A stretch of 32,026 nucleotides of DNA from Patescibacteria group bacterium. Its GTDB lineage: Bacteria > Patescibacteriota > Minisyncoccia > Minisyncoccales > Minisyncoccaceae. Numbering within the stretch: the stretch's first letter is position 1; each line of letters starts with the position of its first letter. Positions 9,277 to 15,926 of the stretch are shown here, piece after piece. Made by a program: the position numbers and the translations under genes. Where the stretch lies: contig JASGMO010000001.1 in the NCBI GenBank assembly GCA_030156465.1, positions 1 to 32,026 of the forward strand. The letters run 5' to 3'. Under the pieces are notes generated by a model, which saw only the letters and a list, made by a program, of their open reading frames with translations, was not told the origin of the DNA and did not search any database.

Positions 9277-9888
9277 ATGGACTTACCAGAAGAATATAAA
9301 AAAGGATTTAAGGATTTTTTAGGAATTAAAATTGATCTATCAAAGAGGCCATTGATTCCTAGGCCAGAGACAGAATATTGGGTTGGTTGGTTTATTAATC
9401 AAAACCATAAGAAAGGTATGAAGTGCCTTGATTTATTTTCTGGTTCAGGATGTGTCGGTGTAGCAATTTTAAAAAATATAAAAGGTTCAATTTGTCATTT
9501 TGGTGAGATTGATGATTCTTTTTTAGAACAAATTAAAATTAATTGTAGTGATATTGATAGCGATAGGTATAAAATAATTAAAACAGATATTTTCTCTGGG
9601 ATTGATGAAAAATATGATTATATTTTAGCTAATCCGCCCTATGTTGCAAAAAATAGAATTAGTGAGGTTGGTAAAGATGTATTAGAGTACGAGCCACATA
9701 TAGCTCTTTTTTCGGGAGATGATGGAATGGAAATAATTAATAAATTTATTAGTGAAGTTAAAAATTATCTAAACGATGGTGGTTATGCTATAATGGAGTT
9801 TGATCCTCAACAAAAAGATAAAATAAAAGAGGGAGAGTTTTATAAAGATCAATTTGGAGAGTATAGATTCGTAATAATTAAAAAATAA
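9277..9888 (+). CDS. prmC: SAM-dependent methyltransferase, PrmC/HemK-like (N5-glutamine), lacking the usual N-terminal helical domain
   Basis: LIPRPETEYWV, DLFSGSGCVGVA (SAM motif I), NPPYV catalytic tetrad, PHIALFSGDDGMEII. Only 203 aa versus about 280 for typical PrmC. Confidence 0.65.
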   Translation: MDLPEEYKKGFKDFLGIKIDLSKRPLIPRPETEYWVGWFINQNHKKGMKCLDLFSGSGCVGVAILKNIKGSICHFGEIDDSFLEQIKINCSDIDSDRYKIIKTDIFSGIDEKYDYILANPPYVAKNRISEVGKDVLEYEPHIALFSGDDGMEIINKFISEVKNYLNDGGYAIMEFDPQQKDKIKEGEFYKDQFGEYRFVIIKK

Positions 9889-9889
9889 T

Positions 9890-10627
9890 ATGTGGGAACA
9901 ATTTTTATTGGGAGCGCTACAAGGTATATTTGAGTGGTTGCCAATATCAAGTCAAGGGATTGTAACTATTTTTTCCAGTTTTGCTGAAATAGAGATGAAT
10001 GCTATTAATTTTTCTTTGTTTCTTCACTCGGGAACAATGCTAGCTGTTTTGATTTTCTTTAGAAAGGATTGGATTAATTTAATTTTATTGAGGGATAAAG
10101 AATTATTAAGATTTTTTATAATCGCAAGTATTATTTCTTTGTCGTTAGGATTTGTTCTCTATAAAACAATTGGAGACATTGCTCTTGGCTCTGGACTTCT
10201 GTTCTTAATTGGTTTTGGATTACTGCTTACTTCATGGTTTCAGAAAAAGAATATTAGGTTGAATATGAATAAAGATGCTAATTATGTTCTTGTCGGATTA
10301 CTTCAAGGTCTTTCTGTAATTCCAGGAGTTTCTCGTTCTGGTTCAACTATTTTTGGATTGTCTCTTAGAGAAAGCGACCCATCAGAGATATTAAAAAGAT
10401 CATACATCCTTTCTTTGCCTGCTGTCGCTGCTTCAACGGGATATATTTTTTTAAACGATCCAACGATTTCATCTTTCCCATGGGTAGCACTATTAACAAG
10501 CTTTATCTTTGGAATGATTTCGCTTAAGATCCTTCTTGATTTTTCAAAGAAAGTTAATTTTTCTAAAATTACTATGGTTTTTGGAATACTTTGTATAATA
10601 GGAGGAATATTAGAATGGTTGGTATAG
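9890..10627 (+). CDS. uppP: Undecaprenyl-diphosphate phosphatase (UppP/BacA)
   Basis: LGALQGIFEWLPISSQG and GLLQGLSVIPGVSRSGSTI motifs; polytopic membrane protein, 245 aa. Confidence 0.8.
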   Translation: MWEQFLLGALQGIFEWLPISSQGIVTIFSSFAEIEMNAINFSLFLHSGTMLAVLIFFRKDWINLILLRDKELLRFFIIASIISLSLGFVLYKTIGDIALGSGLLFLIGFGLLLTSWFQKKNIRLNMNKDANYVLVGLLQGLSVIPGVSRSGSTIFGLSLRESDPSEILKRSYILSLPAVAASTGYIFLNDPTISSFPWVALLTSFIFGMISLKILLDFSKKVNFSKITMVFGILCIIGGILEWLV

Positions 10628-11295
10628 AAGAAGAATTACAAGGCAAAAAAGATCCAATTAGAGCTAAAATATTATCTCGTTTTTTTAAGACAGGAAAAGG
10701 TGAATATGGAGAAGGCGATGTCTTTTTGGGAATAGTAGTGCCCATTCAAAGAACAATTGCTAAAAAATACAAAGATATTTCTCTAAAAGAAGTTCAGAAG
10801 TTATTGAATAGCAAAATTCATGAGTATCGCTTAACAGGCCTTCTTGTATTAGTTGAAAAATATAAGGAAGACAAAGAGCTGGTTTATAATAAATATATTA
10901 AAAACTTTAGAAATATTAATAATTGGGACTTAGTTGATTTAACAGCACCTAAAATAATGGGTGATTTTTTGAAAGATAAAAAGAAAGATATCCTTTATTC
11001 GCTAGCTGTTTCTGATGATTTATGGGAAAGAAGAATATCAATTGTTGCAACTTTTGCTTTTATTAAAGATAATGATTTTAAAGATGCTCTAAAAATATCA
11101 GAGATATTGTTAAATGATAAGCATGATCTAATTCATAAGGCAGTTGGCTGGATGTTAAGGGAAGTTGGAAAAAGAGATAAGGAAGCAGAAAAAGAATTTT
11201 TGAATAAACATTATCGATTTATGCCAAGAACTATGTTAAGATATTCTATAGAGAAGTTTAGTAGAGAAGAAAAAGAATTTTATATGAAAAAGTAA
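10615..11295 (+). CDS. DNA alkylation repair protein (AlkD-like HEAT-repeat family)
   Basis: DPIRAKILSRFFKTGKGEYGEGDVFLGIVVPIQRTIAKKY, HEYRLTGLLVL, NNWDLVD, WERRISIVATF and HKAVGWMLRE match the pfam08713-type pattern. The ATG at 10615 has a GGAGGA 7 nt upstream; the ORF-track start at 10591 is a TTG. Confidence 0.7.
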   Translation: MVGIEEELQGKKDPIRAKILSRFFKTGKGEYGEGDVFLGIVVPIQRTIAKKYKDISLKEVQKLLNSKIHEYRLTGLLVLVEKYKEDKELVYNKYIKNFRNINNWDLVDLTAPKIMGDFLKDKKKDILYSLAVSDDLWERRISIVATFAFIKDNDFKDALKISEILLNDKHDLIHKAVGWMLREVGKRDKEAEKEFLNKHYRFMPRTMLRYSIEKFSREEKEFYMKK

Positions 11296-11296
11296 T

Positions 11297-13663
11297 ATGA
11301 TGGAATACATATTATCATTGTCTTCGTTATTAATAGTTTTGATTTTAATTTTTCTTTTTAAAAGAAATAGAAAAATGAAAACTATAGAGCAATCATTAAA
11401 GCTTACTTTGTTTTCAGTAAAAATGAGTGGCTCAACTGCCGAAGAGCTTCGTGATTCAGGAAAACAGGAAAAGGATTGGATTAGATTGATGGAAGATTTT
11501 TATAGCTCTCTTAATTCTTTATCTAAAGACGGGCTCTTTGGAATTGACCCGTGGATCGCTTTAGAAATAGTAAAATTAAAAGAAGATATTATTTTCCATG
11601 TTGCTGTCCCCAAAAGATTTGAAAACTTTATTGAAAAATCAATATATAGCATATATCCCACAGCACAAATTGAAAAATCTGATGATTATAATATATTTTC
11701 ACCAACAGAAAATGTTTGTTGTGGATATTTAAAAACAACCAAACCATTATACCTACCAATTAAAACATATAATCAAATGGACACTGATCCATTGTCTTCA
11801 ATTACTAATATATTTACAAAACTAAAAACTAACGAAGAAGCGGCAGTTCAATTAATTATTAAAAAAGGATCTAATGGTTGGTATGAAAGAGGAAGAGCTA
11901 TTGCTAATGAAGTTGCTCAGGGAAAAAACTTTTTTCAAGCGATGGGAGCAACAAACTTTATCTCCACCATCAAGGGAAAGAGTGAGGATAAGCTAGGCGG
12001 AAATCCACCAGATGAAGAGCTGTTAAAAATACTAGGAGCTAAATTAAACAAAGACAGCTTTGAAACAAATATTAGATTGGTTGTTTCTGCGGATAACCAA
12101 ATTAGAAGTGAAAGTATATTTCTAGAAATGGCAAATTCTTTTGCTCAGTTTAGCTCTAATAAGACAAACAGTTTTAAATTGGTAAGAACTAAAAAAGGTG
12201 CATTTGATGAATTAATATATAAGTATAGTTTCCGCTTGTTTGATGAAACACAAAAAAATATTTTAGGAATAGAAGAGCTTACGAGTATATTTCATTTTCC
12301 AACACCACTAACTAAAACACCTAATATCAAAGCAGTTAAATCAAAGGTTTCTGCTCCTCCAACAAACACTCCCAAAGAAGGACTTTTATTGGGATATAAT
12401 GTCTATAGAGAAGAAAAGAAGGATATATATCTTAAGAAAGATGATAGGAGAAGGCATATGTATATTATCGGTCAAACGGGAACTGGTAAATCATCAACAT
12501 TGTCTTCAATGGTCTTGCAAGATATTAAAAATGGAGAAGGAGTGGGAATGTTAGATCCTCATGGTGACTTGATAGACGATATCTTAAGTAAAATGCCAAA
12601 AGATAGAATTGAGGACGTTGTTTTGTTTGATCCAACTAATCTTGAAAGATCAATTGGTTTAAATATGCTTGAATACGATACTCGTTTCCCTGAGCAAAAA
12701 ACATTTATTGTTAATGAGATGATTAATATTTTAGACAAGCTCTATGATTTAAGACAAACTGGTGGCCCGATGTTTGAACAATATGCAAGAAATGCCTTAA
12801 TGCTTTTGATGGACGATCCAAATGAGGTATATACATTAATGGAAGTTCCAAAAGTATTAGCTGATGCTGATTTTAGAAAAAGATTATTATCAAAATGCAA
12901 AAACTTTTTGGTTAAAGAGTTTTGGGAAAAACAAGCAGAGCAAGCAGGGGGAGAGGCGGCCCTGAAGAATATTGTTCCGTATATCGCTTCTAAATTTGAT
13001 AACTTTATTTCTAATGACTATATGAGACCAATCATTGGTCAGACAAAAAGTACCTTTAATTTTAGAGAAATAATTGATGGTAAGAAAGTATTTTTAGTTA
13101 ATTTAAGCAAGGGCAGATTGGGAGAACTTAATAGCTCTTTATTAGGATTGATTATAACAAGCAAACTATCTTTAGCTGCTTTTTCTAGGGTTGACGTTCC
13201 AGAAGATCAAAGAAATGATTTCTACCTATATATGGATGAGTTCCAAAATTTTGCAACAAATACAATCTCTACCATTCTATCAGAAGCAAGAAAGTATAGA
13301 TTGTCTTTAATAATATCTCATCAATTTATTGCTCAATTACCAGAAGAAATCAGAGATGCTGTTTTTGGAAATGTTGGAACTATTGCTTCATTTAGGGTGG
13401 GAGCAGAGGACTCTCAATTTTTAGAGAAAGAATTTGAACCAATTTTTAACAGTCAAGACCTAATGAATATAGATAACTTCAATTTCTATATTAAAATGAT
13501 GATAGACGGGCAAACTTCTAAACCATTTAACATTAAAACATATCCACCAGAGAAGGGAAATTATGATTTAGCTAATGATATTAAGGAATATTATTCTTTA
13601 ACTTATGCAAGAAGTAGACATATAGTGGATGACGAAATAATGCGCAGAAGGGTTGACATATAA
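11297..13663 (+). CDS. Membrane-anchored P-loop ATPase of the FtsK/HerA/VirD4 (type IV coupling protein-like) superfamily
   Basis: 788 aa. N-terminal TM helix (ILSLSSLLIVLILIFLF); about 370 aa domain with no motif I recognise; Walker A GQTGTGKSS (12470-12496) followed by LDPHGDL; Walker B-like FYLYMDEFQNF (about 13220-13252), as in TraG/TraD C-terminal regions. Confidence 0.55.
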   Translation: MMEYILSLSSLLIVLILIFLFKRNRKMKTIEQSLKLTLFSVKMSGSTAEELRDSGKQEKDWIRLMEDFYSSLNSLSKDGLFGIDPWIALEIVKLKEDIIFHVAVPKRFENFIEKSIYSIYPTAQIEKSDDYNIFSPTENVCCGYLKTTKPLYLPIKTYNQMDTDPLSSITNIFTKLKTNEEAAVQLIIKKGSNGWYERGRAIANEVAQGKNFFQAMGATNFISTIKGKSEDKLGGNPPDEELLKILGAKLNKDSFETNIRLVVSADNQIRSESIFLEMANSFAQFSSNKTNSFKLVRTKKGAFDELIYKYSFRLFDETQKNILGIEELTSIFHFPTPLTKTPNIKAVKSKVSAPPTNTPKEGLLLGYNVYREEKKDIYLKKDDRRRHMYIIGQTGTGKSSTLSSMVLQDIKNGEGVGMLDPHGDLIDDILSKMPKDRIEDVVLFDPTNLERSIGLNMLEYDTRFPEQKTFIVNEMINILDKLYDLRQTGGPMFEQYARNALMLLMDDPNEVYTLMEVPKVLADADFRKRLLSKCKNFLVKEFWEKQAEQAGGEAALKNIVPYIASKFDNFISNDYMRPIIGQTKSTFNFREIIDGKKVFLVNLSKGRLGELNSSLLGLIITSKLSLAAFSRVDVPEDQRNDFYLYMDEFQNFATNTISTILSEARKYRLSLIISHQFIAQLPEEIRDAVFGNVGTIASFRVGAEDSQFLEKEFEPIFNSQDLMNIDNFNFYIKMMIDGQTSKPFNIKTYPPEKGNYDLANDIKEYYSLTYARSRHIVDDEIMRRRVDI

Positions 13664-13718
13664 ATCAAATAATTTAGAATATAGTTAAGTTTAATATAAT
13701 TAGTTAATATATATAAGT

Positions 13719-15227
13719 ATGGAAAATAAAAATAAGCCCGAAACTTGGGAGATTGATGAAGTAATAGGATCTGAAGATGCTGAATCAAACAAGGAAAAAT
13801 TAGATATGCCTGAGACATTTGAAATTAATGATGATGGGACAATTAGAGAGAAAAGAGAAAAAACCTTAGAAGAAAAAGAAGAAAGTGTTGAAGAAAAAGA
13901 AAGCAATGGATCAGCTGAAGAAATCAATTTAATATTTTCTGATATTGAGAATTATAATAAGAAATACCAAGAAACTAGTCAAAAAGAAGAAAAAAGACAG
14001 GGTCTTTGGGCTAAGTTGACTGGAGGAAAAGCAAAAGAAACAGAAGAAATAAAATCTCGCGAGAAAGAAGCACAAGAGATATATAAAAGACTAGAAGAAA
14101 TTGAGGAGAAGTATCCTGATGTTTTTGAAAAACAAAGAAAAGAGCTTATAGAAATATTTAGGAAGGAAGCAGGAGAGATAGCTGAAAAAAGAGCAGAGAA
14201 GGTTGATGAGGCAATAGAAGGACTAAATGAGGAAACAAGCAAAGAAATAGAAAAAGTTAATAAAGAAAAGCCCGGCCTTTTTGAGAGAATATCAGCAAGG
14301 TTTAAGAAAAATGGTCTTGAAATTGTTATAGCATTGTCCTTGCTTGCTATGTTAGCTGCTATGCCAAGAGAAAATGCATTAGAGCTTATCACTAGCGGTA
14401 GAATAAAATCATTTTTGCCTATAGAATATGCTAACCTTGGTTTGATAGCGAGCACGGCTGCTGTTTTGAAAATAGCGAACAGTGACTTTATTACAAGAAA
14501 TATTAGAAAATATTTTGGAGACAAAACTTTAAAAGAAACCAAAGAAGAACAAGAAGATTTACCTACTTCAATTGATGGGTCATCTGATGAAAAAGTAACA
14601 GAGGGTACTGTTGGAGAAGTTGAACCCGAAGCATCAAAAGATGATGTAGAGGGGGAAGGGGTAGAAGTAGAGAAAACAAAAAAGAAAAAGAAAGAACCCA
14701 AAAACAAAAAATACGATAAGTCATTTAATCAAGTTGCTGGATCTGCAGAATACCAAGAAGCATTTAGAAAATATCAAGAAGAAGGAGATTCTGAAGTAGA
14801 AGAAAACAGTGAAGAATCTTTAGAAAAAAAAGATGAGAACAAAAAATACGATAAGTCATCTAATCAAGTTGCTGGATCTGCAGAATACCAAGAAGCATTT
14901 AGAAAACATCAGGAAGAAGGAGAAGATGAAGAAACTCAAGAGGAGATAGATCAAGAAAGAAGGTCAGGAGGCGACTATGAAGAACCTTCAAGTGAAAAAG
15001 AAAGCTTAATTACTGAAAAAGAATTGGAAATTCTTAATTTTATTAAAAATAAGGTTGCTAAAGGAGAAGAAGCAGAATTAAAGTTCAAGGGAGATTTCGG
15101 TTGGTATGCTACTGACATTAAAGAGGAAAAGGGTAAGAGGCCAATGATTTCAATAAGAAAGAAACAAGGAAATGATGCAAAGGTTATAAATGTTGATTTA
15201 AGTAAAATAGAAAAGGCAAAAAAATAA
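13719..15227 (+). CDS. Highly charged (E/K-rich) hypothetical protein with central hydrophobic segments and an internal tandem duplication
   Basis: 502 aa. Long GAA/AAA-rich coding. Hydrophobic stretches LEIVIALSLLAMLAAMP and LGLIASTAAVLKIA. Duplicated block NKKYDKS(F/S)NQVAGSAEYQEAFRK(Y/H)QEEG. No enzymatic motif. Confidence 0.65.
   Translation: MENKNKPETWEIDEVIGSEDAESNKEKLDMPETFEINDDGTIREKREKTLEEKEESVEEKESNGSAEEINLIFSDIENYNKKYQETSQKEEKRQGLWAKLTGGKAKETEEIKSREKEAQEIYKRLEEIEEKYPDVFEKQRKELIEIFRKEAGEIAEKRAEKVDEAIEGLNEETSKEIEKVNKEKPGLFERISARFKKNGLEIVIALSLLAMLAAMPRENALELITSGRIKSFLPIEYANLGLIASTAAVLKIANSDFITRNIRKYFGDKTLKETKEEQEDLPTSIDGSSDEKVTEGTVGEVEPEASKDDVEGEGVEVEKTKKKKKEPKNKKYDKSFNQVAGSAEYQEAFRKYQEEGDSEVEENSEESLEKKDENKKYDKSSNQVAGSAEYQEAFRKHQEEGEDEETQEEIDQERRSGGDYEEPSSEKESLITEKELEILNFIKNKVAKGEEAELKFKGDFGWYATDIKEEKGKRPMISIRKKQGNDAKVINVDLSKIEKAKK
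14703..14922 (+). repeat. Two approximately 85 bp direct repeat copies (14703-14787 and 14838-14922), period 135 nt, in frame inside the 502 aa ORF
   Basis: By-eye alignment: aacaaaaaatacgataagtcatTtaatcaagttgctggatctgcagaataccaagaagcatttagaaaaTatcaAgaagaaggaga versus the second copy, with only three substitutions. Confidence 0.85.
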
Positions 15228-15245
15228 TTAATTAAAAATACAAAA

Positions 15246-15548
15246 ATGGAAAAAGAAATTATAAACAAATGTGAAAGTATAATGGAAGAGATGAGTCTTA
15301 GTGCTCTTAGCGATGAAAAGAAGCAAGAAATTATGGAAAAAATGGCGGGTCTTGTTTGTGATAGAATAATATTAAAATTAATGGAAAGAATTAGCGATGT
15401 AGAAGTTGATGAAGCTAATGAAATAATGACTGGCGAAGATGAAGATAGGCAACTAGAATTCTTGAGAATTAAAATGCCTGATTTCAATGACATCTTAGAT
15501 GAAGAAATAAATGCCGTTAAGTCAGAAATATTAAAAAATATTGACTAA
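15246..15548 (+). CDS. Small acidic helical hypothetical protein (100 aa)
   Basis: ORF with pattern LSDEKKQEIMEKMAGLVCDRIILKLMERISDVEVDEANEIM...FLRIKMPDFNDILDEEINAVKSEI. It resembles small acidic proteins common in Patescibacteria genomes; the family cannot be verified here. Confidence 0.5.
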   Translation: MEKEIINKCESIMEEMSLSALSDEKKQEIMEKMAGLVCDRIILKLMERISDVEVDEANEIMTGEDEDRQLEFLRIKMPDFNDILDEEINAVKSEILKNID

Positions 15549-15889
15549 TGGAGAATAAAGAAAAAATACCTGAAAGCAGTTTTGAAAATATTGAGAGGAA
15601 AGAGGTGGCTCCTTCTTCATCTTTTGAAAAACCACAAGAAAAGAAGGCAGAAAAAAGTATAGATGAAATAGTTGAAAAGAATTTTGATATTCCAGAAGAC
15701 GAAGAAAAAAGCTCAGTAGAAGAAGGTATTAGCCAAGAGCAAAAAGAAGTAATGATTAAAATTAAAGAATCTCAAGGGGCAAGCATAGGGAAAATATCAG
15801 GAATTATTAATAAAATAAAAAAGAAGTTTTCTCCTCATGGGGTAGACGATTATCACGATCAACTCACTAAGAGAAAGGATGACCAATAA
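15548..15889 (+). CDS. Small acidic, low-complexity hypothetical protein (113 aa)
   Basis: ATG overlaps the upstream stop (TAATG). E/K/S-rich, no motif. Codon usage matches neighbouring genes. Confidence 0.45.
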   Translation: MENKEKIPESSFENIERKEVAPSSSFEKPQEKKAEKSIDEIVEKNFDIPEDEEKSSVEEGISQEQKEVMIKIKESQGASIGKISGIINKIKKKFSPHGVDDYHDQLTKRKDDQ

Positions 15890-15908
15890 TGGTCATTTCT
15901 TCTTTTTT
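15879..15908 (+). terminator. Terminator-like hairpin overlapping the stop codon of the 113 aa ORF
   Basis: ATGACCA (15879-15885) pairs with TGGTCAT (15890-15896), loop ATAA containing the TAA stop, followed by the T-rich tract TTCTTCTTTTTT. Confidence 0.45.
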
Positions 15909-15918
15909 GAGGTATAAT
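15890..15918 (+). promoter_or_regulatory. Promoter TGGTCA-17-TATAAT for the helicase-nuclease gene, predicted near-leaderless
   Basis: Perfect TATAAT at 15913-15918, 8 nt before the ATG at 15927. Weak -35 TGGTCA at 15890-15895, embedded in the terminator 3' arm. No SD. Confidence 0.4.
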
Positions 15919-15926
15919 CAATTATT

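Noticed and set aside
13979-14707. 242 aa minus-strand ORF (S/F/L-rich) antisense to the E/K-rich gene; likewise 14975-15493 and 13700-13927 on the minus strand
   Set aside because: GAA/AAG-rich sense codons automatically give stop-free TTC/CTT-rich antisense frames. The products are low-complexity Ser/Phe strings, and the sense ORFs have better start context.
14703-14922. The 85 bp direct repeats as a CRISPR-like or mobile-element repeat
   Set aside because: There are only two copies. They are in frame within a continuous ORF, encode the same peptide, and show no spacer architecture or terminal inverted repeats.
11297-15889. The ATPase cluster as part of a conjugative or integrative mobile element, or a complete type IV secretion system
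   Set aside because: No integrase, relaxase, VirB4/VirB6/VirB8-10, pilin, flanking direct repeats or tRNA-adjacent junction is visible. The flanks are housekeeping genes on the same strand with similar composition.
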